IMG/VR virus record: IMGVR_UViG_3300009168_000004
Span: 11,336-75,335 of that record
DNA: 64,000 bases
Source of the DNA: a virus
Direction: 5' to 3' (one strand)
Shown here: piece by piece, positions 46,836 through 57,275 of the stretch
Position numbering within the stretch: position 1 is the first letter of the stretch
Layout of the letters: each line of letters starts with the position of its first letter
Translations under genes and position numbers: made by a program
The notes under the pieces: model-generated
Told to the model about the DNA's origin: nothing
The model's database searches: none
Seen by the model: the letters and a program-made list of their open reading frames with translations, nothing else

Positions 46836-49612
46836 CAGCCCAACGGGGGCACCCGTCCGCGATGCTGCCGGGGTACTTCCGCGTTCAGATCCTGGTCCGT
46901 TCGGCTCAGGGTGGTGTGTCCGCCCTGCCGGTTCGCAAGGAACCCAGCCCTCGCATTCCAGTGCGCCAGCCCCGCCTCGTTCAGCTTCAGACCGCCCACG
47001 TGCCGCTGCGGCTGCCCGAACTTGTCGAACTTGAACATTGCGCTATCCGGGTGGAACTTCAGGGCCTTCGCGAATGCGCCAGGCGACGGGATCGGCAGGC
47101 CGTGGTTCTCCTCTCGCCAACTGTGAAACGCCGCGTAAAGATCCGCGCTGACGTTCATCGCGGTCCGGTCGTACTCGCAGCAATCCCTGACGAAGCCGAT
47201 CGAGATGTTGCTGTCCTCCCGGAGCTCAGCCGAGGCCTCGTCCATGTCAGGAGTGTACGAGTAGTGGCCCCTCGCCAGGGCCCGCTTCATCCCGGCAATA
47301 GCCCAGTTCAGGACGCCTGACTTCTCCTCCTCAAGCACCCAGTCCGCCGGAGACGAGTAGCCCCTCGCAACCGCCTCAGCGGCCACGCCCGTCGGGCGCA
47401 GGGGGTCGAACACCGTCCGGATGCGCAGGATGGCCAGGCGGTTCTCCATTGCCCTGCTCATCTCCCTGAACTGCGGCATCACGTTCGCGCCCCAGAACGA
47501 CGGCCCGCGGTAGACGTGCGCGGTCTGGGCACCGTTCTTGATGTTCACCCCGACGGGGTCCGACGACAGCAGCGCCTTCACCATCGAGCTGATCTCCCAC
47601 TTGGACTGATCGAAGGCTTCGTGCAGGACCCAGGGCACGCTGCGGAGGAACGGCTCCGTGCCGTGCGGCTTTGAGAGCTGGTCGATGGGCTGCGTGATCG
47701 GGGCGTTCGTTATCAGGCCGCTGAGGACGTTCAGGAGGGTCGACTTGCCGGAGTTGCTCTCGCCGACCAGGACCAGAGCCCGCATCAGCGCCTTCTGCTT
47801 CCGGGCCAGGAGCGCCATGCCTAGGTTCTCCTGGATGAATGCGACCGCGCCGTCGTCCTTCACGATGTCCTTGAGCGTCCGCATCCAGATCGGGCAGGCG
47901 GCCGCCGGGTCGTACTCGCACTCGATGCGGGCTGTGGCGTAGTCGTCCGGCCTATGCGGCCGGTGGTGCATGGTTTCCAGGTCGACCAGGCCTGACTGCG
48001 TTGAGATCATCCCGTGCGCGTCCCACTGCACGTCAGCTTCGTCCTGGTGGATCTCCCCCATCCGCTGCAGGTGGGCGATCGTCTCATTGATCACGGTCGT
48101 CGTGGGCACGATGCCCAGGGCGTCGCACCCGACGTTGATCTCTCGAGCTAACCAGGACTTTTCCTCCTTCGTCACCCCGTACATCGCCCACAGCCCATCC
48201 CGGTAGCGCCAGGGCACAGAGCCGATGTACATGAGCTGCTCGCCCCGCTGCTCCAGAGCTGCCAGGACGCCGGCGGCCAGGACCACGTGGGCGTCCTTCT
48301 TGCCCTTTTTCTTCCTCCCCTCCTTGGGCTCAGGCCGGGGCTCGCTCTTCCGCTGCGCACGGACCTGGTCGAGGTGCACCACCTGGGCAGCCCTCCCCGT
48401 CGGGCGGGGTGCTGGCTTCGGCATGGAGGCGAGCTGCTGCATGCCCCGGTTGGCCTGCAGGGAGGCCAGCTCCGGCGGCTCCCCGCCCATCGCTTCGTCT
48501 AGGATCTCGCCGCTGTCGTCCTCAGGATCGTGTGAGCCCTCATCGGCCGTGAGTGCCCTCTCTTCCTCCACTTGGTCCTCTGGCGGCTCCGCCGGGAACT
48601 CGTGGCCCACCTTCTTGATCCACCCCCGCATCGCGCCTCGGACCTTCCGGCGCTCGACGTCCATGTTCCAGCTGTCCTCGGCGACGCGCTCTAGGGCCTC
48701 CATCATCTTGGCCTCGACGAAGTCCTCGGTGTAGCCCTGGGACAGCATGCCCGACGTGACGTCGCGGATGGTCAGGTGGACGGAGAAGGTCTCGTCTATG
48801 CCCTCGTCCCGGCGCTGCTCCAGGTACTCCATCCGGGCCAGGCGGTCCCGCCAGTCGATGTGGTCGGTGTAGCCCTGCAGCTCAGCCACCCGGAGGAACG
48901 GGTTCTCCTGCTCCGCCACCTTCCGCTCCCGGACCTTTCGCGTCAGCACTGGAGGGGCCTCCTGGGCGGCCAGGGAGCCCAGCCAGGCGCTCAGCACCGC
49001 TCGGGGGTACCTTTCCCCCTCGCCAGCCAGCACGCGCACCAGCGCCCACGCCCCGGCTTTGGTGTTGTGGGTTCCCGGAACCCGGAGCAGGGTGACAGCG
49101 TGCCGGGTCGCCTTGTCCCCCGCCAGGTGGTTTCCAAGGACTTGGAGTTCCGCCTCGTAGGCTCTGACGTCCTCGGGTCCGGGCGCATCCGTCGGGTCGG
49201 TGAAGAACCAGTAGGCGTGGACGCCCCCTCCGGACCTGTGCATTCGGCTGGGCGGGTTCGGCAGGGCGGCCAGGGCTGCCAGGACCTCGTCCTCGGTGTT
49301 CAGGATGTCCTTGAAGTCGATGTCGACGTGCAGGCACGTCAGGGCGGCCACGTTGGGCTTGACCCGCTTGTGCCCCTTCAGGATCGGGCTGACGCAGTGG
49401 AAGCAGCCCCGCTCGGCCCTGTCGTGCTTGACCAGGAACCGGCGGATGCGCTCTGGGTCCCTCGTCAGGACGTGGACTTCGCCCTTGCCTGACTGGCCCC
49501 GGACGTTGGGCAGGCTGCACACGTAGACGGGGTGGTCGTGCCCCTGCAGCATGTAGTCGACATAGAGCGTCAGGTCGGCGCCGGGGCCGACTTCTTCGTT
49601 AATCTCAGTCAC
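46835..49612 (-). CDS. Primase-helicase (RepB-like primase, D5_N, SF3 helicase)
   Basis: LHVDID, SGGGVHAYW, LRVPGT.NTK, HRPDDYAT and GESNSGKST. Confidence 0.9.
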   Translation of the reverse strand: MTEINEEVGPGADLTLYVDYMLQGHDHPVYVCSLPNVRGQSGKGEVHVLTRDPERIRRFLVKHDRAERGCFHCVSPILKGHKRVKPNVAALTCLHVDIDFKDILNTEDEVLAALAALPNPPSRMHRSGGGVHAYWFFTDPTDAPGPEDVRAYEAELQVLGNHLAGDKATRHAVTLLRVPGTHNTKAGAWALVRVLAGEGERYPRAVLSAWLGSLAAQEAPPVLTRKVRERKVAEQENPFLRVAELQGYTDHIDWRDRLARMEYLEQRRDEGIDETFSVHLTIRDVTSGMLSQGYTEDFVEAKMMEALERVAEDSWNMDVERRKVRGAMRGWIKKVGHEFPAEPPEDQVEEERALTADEGSHDPEDDSGEILDEAMGGEPPELASLQANRGMQQLASMPKPAPRPTGRAAQVVHLDQVRAQRKSEPRPEPKEGRKKKGKKDAHVVLAAGVLAALEQRGEQLMYIGSVPWRYRDGLWAMYGVTKEEKSWLAREINVGCDALGIVPTTTVINETIAHLQRMGEIHQDEADVQWDAHGMISTQSGLVDLETMHHRPHRPDDYATARIECEYDPAAACPIWMRTLKDIVKDDGAVAFIQENLGMALLARKQKALMRALVLVGESNSGKSTLLNVLSGLITNAPITQPIDQLSKPHGTEPFLRSVPWVLHEAFDQSKWEISSMVKALLSSDPVGVNIKNGAQTAHVYRGPSFWGANVMPQFREMSRAMENRLAILRIRTVFDPLRPTGVAAEAVARGYSSPADWVLEEEKSGVLNWAIAGMKRALARGHYSYTPDMDEASAELREDSNISIGFVRDCCEYDRTAMNVSADLYAAFHSWREENHGLPIPSPGAFAKALKFHPDSAMFKFDKFGQPQRHVGGLKLNEAGLAHWNARAGFLANRQGGHTTLSRTDQDLNAEVPRQHRGRVPPLG

Positions 49613-49700
49613 AATCTCACCCCGCCGTTGTCACGAACAGACGGTTGGGGGACCGACCCGAGCCAAATTCCCGGATCGATCCCCCGCTCAGACCGTCAGG

Positions 49701-50627
49701 TCAGCGGCGCCTTGCGGTGCCGCCGTTCTTCTTGGCAGGTGCAGCAGCCCTCTGCGCCGGAGTGGCCGCGCGCTGGTTCGGGCGGGCTGCCCTGACGGGA
49801 GCCTCCTCAGCCTGCGCCTCGGCCTCCTCGCCGGCCTCCTCCCCCTCGTCGCCAGCGTCAGCCGGGTCGGAGGGGGTGTACTCGAACAGGGACTTCTCCT
49901 CCCATCCGACGACCTTCATCGTCGGCACCTTGATCCATCCGAACTCGGGGTTGGAGTGCTTGTACTTCCTGACGCCGACGGCCACGATCGGCCACTCGTC
50001 GGGACGGGTCCGCATCTCCTTGCCGTAGACTTTGCAAAGGTCGCCCATCATGCCCAGGCCGCCCTTCGACGAGGTGGCGAACGTGAACAGCTGCTCCTCC
50101 TCGGCTTGGTCCCCTGGGGTCTTGAGGAGCAGGTAGTTGCTGTACTGCCAAGGGTCCCGCGCCTTGCCCTGGTCGTCGACCTCCCACTGCTCCTCGTCGG
50201 AGTCACCCAGCTCTTCGCGTCGAGCGGGCCGGAAGCCGGACGCCAGCGGACCCATGAGCTGTTCCGCGGGCTTGTTGTCCACCCACTTGATCCAGCCGAT
50301 CATGAGCTGGTTCATGTTGCAGGTGTACTCTGTGCCCTCTTCGATCTCCTCGTCGTCCTCGCCGCACAGCCAGTCCCCCTTGTTGAACTTCAGGAGCTGC
50401 CCGACGATGAACCGACCGGCGAACTGGTCGCCGTAGGCCTCGAAGGCGTTGCGCTCGTTCACTCCGCCGACGGACGTCTGGGCGGGTCGGGCCACGGCGG
50501 TGCCGGTGCTCGGTGGTGCCTCGTCTGCTGGCGGGATGATCGTCTCACGGTTTGGTGCGCGTGGTGTGCTTCTTACCATTTTTCTGTCTGCCTTCTGCTG
50601 TTTCACTGCTTGCTGCTTTCGATCCAC
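49701..50627 (-). CDS. ssDNA-binding-like replication protein
   Basis: LLKFNKGDW, GWIKW, DPWQ, YKH...G.IKVP...VGW and an acidic tail. The start may lie further downstream. Confidence 0.6.
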   Translation of the reverse strand: MDRKQQAVKQQKADRKMVRSTPRAPNRETIIPPADEAPPSTGTAVARPAQTSVGGVNERNAFEAYGDQFAGRFIVGQLLKFNKGDWLCGEDDEEIEEGTEYTCNMNQLMIGWIKWVDNKPAEQLMGPLASGFRPARREELGDSDEEQWEVDDQGKARDPWQYSNYLLLKTPGDQAEEEQLFTFATSSKGGLGMMGDLCKVYGKEMRTRPDEWPIVAVGVRKYKHSNPEFGWIKVPTMKVVGWEEKSLFEYTPSDPADAGDEGEEAGEEAEAQAEEAPVRAARPNQRAATPAQRAAAPAKKNGGTARRR

Positions 50628-50686
50628 ATCGGGCAGGGTGCCCTAGTGGGGACGCAACGTGGTGGAGAGTGATGTTCCCACCCCGC

Positions 50687-51787
50687 CTATCCGCGCGCCC
50701 GGAGCTGCTTCTTCCGGGGCGTGGAGTTCTTTGTGGCCTCAGCCTCGAGCGCCACCCTGACCATCAGCATGTCCGACGGGTCGCCGGTCGTGCTGTATGC
50801 CTCGACGTCCACGCCAGCCTCGGTTGCTGCGGCGCGGATGCCCTTCATGTCGTAGTTCCGCCGGCCCTTCACGGCCGACCAGGTCACCACGCCGGGGATG
50901 CGGCGGATGCCCTTGTCCTTCAGCCTGTCCTTGATGAGCTGCTTCTGGGTGTTCAGGGCGATCTCGGCCTTGTCTTTCAGGCCGTCCAGGCGCTCGTGCT
51001 CCCGGCACAGGTCGGTGATCTCAGCGGTGAACTGGGGGTCGGCTGCCGCCTCAGACTCCGGGACGGAGTGGCGGACGATGCCGCAGGCCTGGGTGAACGG
51101 GCAGTACTCGCACTCCTTGCCGCCGGCGATCCACCCCTCCGGGGGCAGCTCGTCGGGGCGGGTTGCGGTCTTGATCCGGACGGCGCGCTTGTGGCCTGCG
51201 TCGTAGACCTTCGGGTCGAACTTGATCGCGAACTCGTGGACTTCGTCCAGGAAGGAGGCGTCCATGTAGGACAGGATCGCGTACTCCGGCTTGTAGACGG
51301 TCAGCTCCCGGACCAGGCCGAGCTGCATCTGCGTCTGGAACTCGTTCTCCTCCTTGGCCCTCGACATGTTCACGCGGGGGTCCACCGACTTGCACTCGAC
51401 CAGGACGCACTGCCCCGCGCCGATGTCAGCGATCCCGAAGTCCTTCAGGAGCAGGTCCCGAGGCTGGTCGATCAGCAGCCCGTCTGGGGTCGCCGACGCG
51501 TATCGGTCGTTGAAGGTCTTCTGGTCCTTCCCGGCCCACAGGAGCTTCTTGCCGTACTTCCTGCGCATGGCGGGGACGTAGAAGTGCTGCTCGAGCAGCT
51601 TGCCCCTGGCCCTGGCGCCCCATCGGTCGCCGTGCCCCTCGTCCACTCGCCCCTCGGTCTTCACCCAGTACATCCTGCGGGAGCAGAGCCCGATCTCCGA
51701 CGCGCCGATCGTGCGCTGCCGGTCCATCACGAACGTCGTCTCCATCGTTGGTGACAGCGCGTAGGCTTCCAGGGCTTCTCTAATCAT
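50687..51787 (-). CDS. Cas4/YqaJ-like PD-(D/E)xK exonuclease
   Basis: IGASEIGLC, ATPDG, VECKS, Q..Q and CEYCPF...C. Confidence 0.85.
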   Translation of the reverse strand: MIREALEAYALSPTMETTFVMDRQRTIGASEIGLCSRRMYWVKTEGRVDEGHGDRWGARARGKLLEQHFYVPAMRRKYGKKLLWAGKDQKTFNDRYASATPDGLLIDQPRDLLLKDFGIADIGAGQCVLVECKSVDPRVNMSRAKEENEFQTQMQLGLVRELTVYKPEYAILSYMDASFLDEVHEFAIKFDPKVYDAGHKRAVRIKTATRPDELPPEGWIAGGKECEYCPFTQACGIVRHSVPESEAAADPQFTAEITDLCREHERLDGLKDKAEIALNTQKQLIKDRLKDKGIRRIPGVVTWSAVKGRRNYDMKGIRAAATEAGVDVEAYSTTGDPSDMLMVRVALEAEATKNSTPRKKQLRARG

Positions 51788-52031
51788 GTGGGATCTTGCT
51801 CACGTCGATGGTGGCGTCGTAGTCCCGCAGGGCATCGTCAGCGAACAGGAGCGCGTTCGCCCGCATCTGGGCGATCCGTTCGCGATTGCGGAGGATGACG
51901 ACAGCGTTCATTGCGCCCGGGATCTGAAGCTGGGCGGACACCGCCGCCACGTACGCGTCGCCCCAGAACTTGGCTCGAAGCTCGTGAACTTTTTCTTTTT
52001 TGACAAAGATGTCAGGCCTGGGAATTGTCAT
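51780..52031 (-). CDS. Hypothetical protein
   Basis: ORF track; coupled to the exonuclease gene. Confidence 0.6.
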   Translation of the reverse strand: MTIPRPDIFVKKEKVHELRAKFWGDAYVAAVSAQLQIPGAMNAVVILRNRERIAQMRANALLFADDALRDYDATIDVSKIPHD

Positions 52032-52141
52032 TCGGCATCTTCCTTCGGGTTATCTGAAGCCCCGCCGTCCGCGCTGGCACCGCACGCGGATGGTCTGAGG
52101 CGAAACGGGGCCGACTGCGTGACCAGCCGACCCCATCCCGC

Positions 52142-52423
52142 TTACGCTGCGATCTGCAGCGGCACGCAATCCGAGGACAGCGGCATGCCAGGTCTCGGTC
52201 TGCACCGAAACTGGATGATCGTGCCCGTCGGGGTGGCCTGCACGGACTGGATCATATCCTTCCGGTCCATGATCGACTGCGCCCTGGCCATGATCGCCAG
52301 CCGCTCATCGCGCTGCTTCTGCTTCAGCGTGCGTCGCTCCACGCTGCCGAAAAGGTTGCCCAGGAAGTCGTCCATGGACTCTTCGCGGCGTGGCGTGGGA
52401 ACGAACTCTACTCGTCCGCACAT
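52142..52423 (-). CDS. Hypothetical protein
   Basis: ORF track; start uncertain. Confidence 0.5.
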   Translation of the reverse strand: MCGRVEFVPTPRREESMDDFLGNLFGSVERRTLKQKQRDERLAIMARAQSIMDRKDMIQSVQATPTGTIIQFRCRPRPGMPLSSDCVPLQIAA

Positions 52424-52521
52424 CGAAGCCTCCTTGTCTACGCACAGGGGTCAACTGGGGAAGGTGCGTGCGCTTCCAGCCTGCCCGACGGGGACCATAC
52501 CACTTCGGCCCAGCGAGGCCA

Positions 52522-53094
52522 CTAGGAATTTGAGGGTTGTCCCCCAGCAGTGTGAATGCGAAACAAGCGGAGCTGACTGGACGACTCCAGCATCAGGGGA
52601 TGGCGGGGATGCCCGTCCTTCGTCAGACCAAGGCAATGCACCGGAATGCCCTGTCGGTCAAGCATCGAGAACACATGCGTATTCCTGGCGTTGAACTTCT
52701 CCCGGTCGGGGCAGGCTTGTGGGAACCTCTTCAGTTGCCCCCAGGCTGCCACTACGATGCCGCCCTTTGCCCGGACGTCCTTGGACTCGTCGCGGATGAA
52801 GCCGTCGTTCAGAGGTCCGATCGGGTCCTTGGCCCTCATCATCTCCGCAGGCTCGGTCGCCCGCCAGGCGAAGAGGTTCACCACCCGGACGGAGCCGAAC
52901 CCGAGGCTGGCCCCGAAGCCAACGCACCGGCGGATGGTGGGGTCGTCGGCCTCGGCGTCCGCGGTGGACGGGTTCAGCATGATGAAGAGCAGGGGCTCGC
53001 GCTCGGTGTTCCAGGTCCTCCAGAGGGCGTAGCGGTACTCCTGCCTCTTGCCGCTCAGGACCGCCCCGGCGACGGCGGAGGGCTTGGCCCTCAC
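52522..53094 (-). CDS. DUF1643 protein
   Basis: YRYALWRTW, FIMLNPSTAD, DDPTIRRC, NLFAWRATEP, AAWG and GHPRHPL. Confidence 0.9.
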   Translation of the reverse strand: MRAKPSAVAGAVLSGKRQEYRYALWRTWNTEREPLLFIMLNPSTADAEADDPTIRRCVGFGASLGFGSVRVVNLFAWRATEPAEMMRAKDPIGPLNDGFIRDESKDVRAKGGIVVAAWGQLKRFPQACPDREKFNARNTHVFSMLDRQGIPVHCLGLTKDGHPRHPLMLESSSQLRLFRIHTAGGQPSNS

Positions 53095-53342
53095 GTCAGG
53101 ATCTCCTTCTTCTGCGGCAGCGGGCGCTCCCCTCGGGTGAAGTGGACGAACCAGGCCTTCATCCCGACGGAGTGGAAGCGGTTTTCGAGCTGGTTCAGCA
53201 GGCCGAGGCACTCCTCCAGGTCCTCCTTCTCCATCGCCTCGAGCATGTCCAGGGATGCCACGGGGGTGTTCTTGCCGATGGGCCGGGTCTCGAGCTCCGC
53301 CCGACGGAGCATGACCAGGAACTGCTTTGGCGGGATCTTCAT
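53091..53342 (-). CDS. Hypothetical protein
   Basis: 4-nt overlaps on both sides; GAGG RBS. Confidence 0.6.
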   Translation of the reverse strand: MKIPPKQFLVMLRRAELETRPIGKNTPVASLDMLEAMEKEDLEECLGLLNQLENRFHSVGMKAWFVHFTRGERPLPQKKEILT

Positions 53343-55309
53343 GTTGTCCTCTTTCTTGGTGGCTTGTCGCGGAAGCCTCCGCCCCTGCCAGCGGAGCGGA
53401 CGATGTTGAACTCGGGGTTGTCGTGCTCGCACTGGCCCCAGCTTGCGCCGATCCCGGCGTCCACCCGCAGGGGGACCAGCAGGTCGACGCAGTTTTCCAT
53501 GAGGCGGTCTATGTGGGTGAGAGCCTCTCTCGCCTCATTTGTGTTCGGGCAGCTCCCCGTCAGCTCGTCGTGGACGGTCATCAGGGGGATGCCGGCGGCC
53601 GCAGCCGCGCCCGACTCCCAGACGTCCACCATCGCCATCTTCATGATGTCAGCCGCCGAGCCTTGGGTCCGGGCGTTCAGGGCTTTGTGGCAGAAGGCGC
53701 GCTTCGCCCCTGGAACCTTGTGGCGGAGGATGGTCGTGGTTCGCTCCCCGGCCTTCCACTTGTTCAGAGCCCACGCGTTGAAGCGCCTCTTCCTGCCGAG
53801 GAGGGTGATGATCTCCCCGGTCCGCTCGGCCAGGTTCATCAGGCGGTGGATCAGGGGGCGCATGAAGGGCGCACCCCGGTGGTACGCGTCGAGCAGCTTC
53901 TCGCCGGCCTGCCGGGACAGGTTGAGCTGAGCGCAGAGCTTCTCCACGCCCTCGCCGTACGCGATGCCGAAGTTCACGGTCTTGGCCGGTCCCCTCTCCA
54001 GCCCTGTCATCTCGGCCAGCTTTGCGTGGAAGTCCGTGTTGGGGTCGCTGCGGTAGGCCTCGACGACCTCCATCGCCCCCTTCAGCCCCATGTCCGCCGC
54101 GTCGTGCGCCAGGAGCCGGTACTCGATCTGGGAGTAGTCCTTCTTCCAGAAGATGTGGCTCTCATCGTCCCGGATGAACATGGCGCGGATCAGCTTTCCG
54201 TCGTCGGTCCTGACCGGGATGAACTGCAGGTTGGGTCCCGACGAGCTGAAGCGCCCGGAGACCGCCCCTCCGCCGTCCGACTTGAGCTGGTTGAAGTTGC
54301 AGTGGATGCGTCCGTTGATGTGGCCGTCGAGGATGCAGCCCCGCAGGAAGGTCCCCCGGAACTTGTCGAGCCGTCGGACCTCGATGATGTTCCTGGCCAT
54401 CTGGTGGTCGCAGGTCTCCAGGAAGTCCTTGCGGAAGGACGGCTTGTCGGTCTTGGGGGTCCGGGGGTAGGGGATGCCAGCCTCGTCGAAGGCGGGGGCG
54501 ATCGAGTCCGCAGCCCAGACCTCGATCTCCATTCCGGCGTCGCGGTTCAGCTTCTTGTGGAGCTTCGCCTGGTCCTTGGTCATCTTGTCGTAGAGCTGCT
54601 CCGCCCGGTCCAGGTCCACCCGGACGCCCCTCTTCTTCATCGCCTTCAGCATCGGGATCAGGCGGCTCTCGAGCAGGAACAGGTCCCACAGCCCCTCCGC
54701 CTCGAGCCTCGGCTTCTGCTTCTGGAAGATCTTGATCGGGTGGTTGACGTCGCCGATCGCGTACTTCGCCACGACCGACGAGGGGGCGCGCCAGATGTTG
54801 GCCTTGGGGTTCTTCCGGCCGAAGTTCTTGACCAGGAACTCGTCCAGCTCGTCGTCCAGCTTTCCGATCCCCAGGTAGTCCTTCGACAGCGCCTCGAGCC
54901 CGTAGCTGAACCTGTCCTCGTCGAGCAGAGGCTCGGCGTTCTGGATGTCGTAGGGCACGCCGCCGATGTCGGTCACCCCCTCCTTGTCCAGGAAGCCGTA
55001 GTCGTAGAGCAGGTTGGCTCCGATCTTGGGGGTGCTGGTCCTGAGCTCCTGCCTGAGCCAGCCGAAGACCTTCGCCCTGTCCAGGTTGTCCGGGTCGTTC
55101 TCGTGGGCGACCGGGTAGTAGCGTCGGAACCCCGCCTCCGTCCCGACGGCGACGCCGGCCACGAAGGTGTCGGGCTTGTGCCACCCCGGCCCGTCGGTCT
55201 TCAGGCCTGGGTCCTTCGTCTCGCAGTCGACGGCGATCGCCCCCTGTCCTGCGAGGGAGGGGAACAGCTCGTGGCCTGGCAGGTCCCTCAGGCGTGCGGT
55301 TGCGTCCAT
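53339..55309 (-). CDS. Family A DNA polymerase with 3'-5' exonuclease
   Basis: ExoI DCET, GRFSSSGPNLQ, motif A DYSQIEYR, motif B KTVNFGIAYG, QGSAAD and motif C VHDEL. Confidence 0.95.
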   Translation of the reverse strand: MDATARLRDLPGHELFPSLAGQGAIAVDCETKDPGLKTDGPGWHKPDTFVAGVAVGTEAGFRRYYPVAHENDPDNLDRAKVFGWLRQELRTSTPKIGANLLYDYGFLDKEGVTDIGGVPYDIQNAEPLLDEDRFSYGLEALSKDYLGIGKLDDELDEFLVKNFGRKNPKANIWRAPSSVVAKYAIGDVNHPIKIFQKQKPRLEAEGLWDLFLLESRLIPMLKAMKKRGVRVDLDRAEQLYDKMTKDQAKLHKKLNRDAGMEIEVWAADSIAPAFDEAGIPYPRTPKTDKPSFRKDFLETCDHQMARNIIEVRRLDKFRGTFLRGCILDGHINGRIHCNFNQLKSDGGGAVSGRFSSSGPNLQFIPVRTDDGKLIRAMFIRDDESHIFWKKDYSQIEYRLLAHDAADMGLKGAMEVVEAYRSDPNTDFHAKLAEMTGLERGPAKTVNFGIAYGEGVEKLCAQLNLSRQAGEKLLDAYHRGAPFMRPLIHRLMNLAERTGEIITLLGRKRRFNAWALNKWKAGERTTTILRHKVPGAKRAFCHKALNARTQGSAADIMKMAMVDVWESGAAAAAGIPLMTVHDELTGSCPNTNEAREALTHIDRLMENCVDLLVPLRVDAGIGASWGQCEHDNPEFNIVRSAGRGGGFRDKPPRKRTT

Positions 55310-55310
55310 G

Positions 55311-56672
55311 CTATCCTGCCCTCGGGTTGGCGTTGATCCAGGAGGCCAGCGAACGCCGCCTCTGGGCTGCCGTCGGTGGTTCTGGCCGGCTCAGGCCGAG
55401 CGCCGGATCGGGCTCGCGGACGTTCAGGGAACTCGGCGAGATGACGCCAAAGTTCAGCAGGACCTTGATCGAGCGGTGCGCCATCTCCTTGCATTCTGCG
55501 ACCTGCCGGTTCTGGCCCTCGGTCTGGGGGTTCATGATCATGTTCATGGCCAGCTCCTCGACGGGCTGCGGGTACCTGGCGCGCGCCCTGTCCCGCAGCA
55601 CGTCGACCAGGATCTGGTGGAGCATCGGCAGGAAGAACGGCTGCAGCTCGATCTCGGCTGGAGTCATGGGTCGCAGGCGTATCAGCGGCGACGGCAAAGC
55701 CGCCATCTCCTGCGCCTGCGCCTCGTCGCGGGTCCTTGGAAACCACCTGGCGGGGGTGATGCACCGGACCCAGTCGCCGCTGTGCAGAGCAGCGTCCGGG
55801 TTCTCGAGGGTCGCCCACTCGGTGCCCGGTCCGCGTCTGACCTGCAGGACCCATCCTCCGCCCAGCACGTCGCTCCTCCGCTGGGGGGTGGAGAGGTAGG
55901 GATGGTTCGCGACGCGCACGCCGGTGTGGCTGTACGCGTCCTGGGGGATGGCGTTCGGCATCCTCGGAGCCGAGCTCTCGATCGGTCCGCCGCCGCCGCG
56001 GGAGTAGGCCCGGTCGACCTGAGCCTGCCCGAGCTGCTCGAACGGGTTGGCGTCTGGCCCCGGCCGCTCGTAGACGAGCCTGCTGAGCCTTCCGACCTCC
56101 CGACGGGCTCGGCTGAGCTCTTCGCTCGTTTCGATCCGGGCCTGCCGCTCCATCATGAGCTGCTGCTGCAGTCGCTCATCGGGTGGCGGGATGTCCGCCG
56201 GGGGCGGCAGGGGGCGGTTCGGGTTGTCGCTGATCCACTTGAACAGGCGGGCGAAGAGGTTCGCATCCTGCACCTGGCTCGGCGTTGGGACAGACCCCGG
56301 CGGGCAGACCCGCTCGGCGTACTGGCGGAACCACTCCTCGATCTCCTGCGCCAGGTTGCCGGTCGCAGGCCGTGCGGCCGCAGGCCGTCCGGGCTCTGAC
56401 CGGAGCCGCCGGCTGATCTGCGGGAAGGCGGTGTTCTGGTCTGCGCTCCCAGGTGGCTCTTCGTCAAACTCTTCGGGCATGGCTCCAATTCCTGTGCTGT
56501 CTTGGATGGTTTGCCGGGTGGTGCCCCCAGTAATCACACTTTGGGGCAGAGTGCCAATCGTCTGCGCGATCTCCAGGGCCGCGCGCATGCCGGCCAGGAT
56601 CTGCTCGGGGGTGACCTGGGGTGCTGGCGTGCTCGTCACCGTCGTGCTCAGCGGCACCAAGTCAATGGGCAT
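55311..56672 (-). CDS. Pro/Arg-rich hypothetical protein
   Basis: ORF track; start set at MPIDLVP (TGATG overlap). Confidence 0.65.
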   Translation of the reverse strand: MPIDLVPLSTTVTSTPAPQVTPEQILAGMRAALEIAQTIGTLPQSVITGGTTRQTIQDSTGIGAMPEEFDEEPPGSADQNTAFPQISRRLRSEPGRPAAARPATGNLAQEIEEWFRQYAERVCPPGSVPTPSQVQDANLFARLFKWISDNPNRPLPPPADIPPPDERLQQQLMMERQARIETSEELSRARREVGRLSRLVYERPGPDANPFEQLGQAQVDRAYSRGGGGPIESSAPRMPNAIPQDAYSHTGVRVANHPYLSTPQRRSDVLGGGWVLQVRRGPGTEWATLENPDAALHSGDWVRCITPARWFPRTRDEAQAQEMAALPSPLIRLRPMTPAEIELQPFFLPMLHQILVDVLRDRARARYPQPVEELAMNMIMNPQTEGQNRQVAECKEMAHRSIKVLLNFGVISPSSLNVREPDPALGLSRPEPPTAAQRRRSLASWINANPRAG

Positions 56673-57103
56673 CAGTCTGCCCTCTCCAGAACTTCGCTGA
56701 TCCTCTCGCGGACTTCGAGCTGCAGCCGCCCCTCGGCCTGCGCCAGCTCGACGTCCGCGCTGTCCGGCCGACGGCTGATCGTGCGGAGGCACTTCTCGAT
56801 GTGACGGATGCGGGCGGACAGGATGGACTTCTGGGCGGCCTTGCGCCGGAGGAAGTCAGCCCTGGCGAGCTCGTAGGTCGGCCACGCCCACTGGCGCTTG
56901 ACGCCGACCCGCATCAGCCTGCCGTCGTCTGAGCGGACGGACTTCTGGTGGACCATCCCGATGCGGATGAACAGCACCACGACCGCAGAGCTCCACGGCC
57001 CGTCGGGGGTCCCGAACTCGTTCACCCCTCCGGCGTATCGCCGGTCCTCGACGCGATACCAGACGTCCCCGACGGAGACGCCCTCAAGCTGGGTTGGGCT
57101 CAT
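56672..57103 (-). CDS. Hypothetical protein
   Basis: ORF track; operon coupling. Confidence 0.65.
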   Translation of the reverse strand: MSPTQLEGVSVGDVWYRVEDRRYAGGVNEFGTPDGPWSSAVVVLFIRIGMVHQKSVRSDDGRLMRVGVKRQWAWPTYELARADFLRRKAAQKSILSARIRHIEKCLRTISRRPDSADVELAQAEGRLQLEVRERISEVLERAD

Positions 57104-57275
57104 CGGCGACCACCCTCTCTGACGTGGTGAAGGGGTGCCGCTGCCGATCGCACTGGCGCTTGCGGACGACGTGGTCTTCGACCCTCCGGGTGATGATCAC
57201 GTGGCTGGGTCCGCTGCACACCGGGCACGGGACAGAGGCTCCGCCCCTCGTCCGCTTCGGCTTCTGTCTGGGCAT
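57084..57275 (-). CDS. NrdR-N/Ogr-like Zn-ribbon protein
   Basis: CPVC...VI.TR...VRKRQC...H.FTTSE. Confidence 0.7.
   Translation of the reverse strand: MPRQKPKRTRGGASVPCPVCSGPSHVIITRRVEDHVVRKRQCDRQRHPFTTSERVVADEPNPA

Noticed and set aside
50687-51787. Cas4 as evidence of a CRISPR system
   Set aside because: It lies in the replication module between the polymerase and SSB-like genes; stand-alone Cas4-like exonucleases are common in phages.
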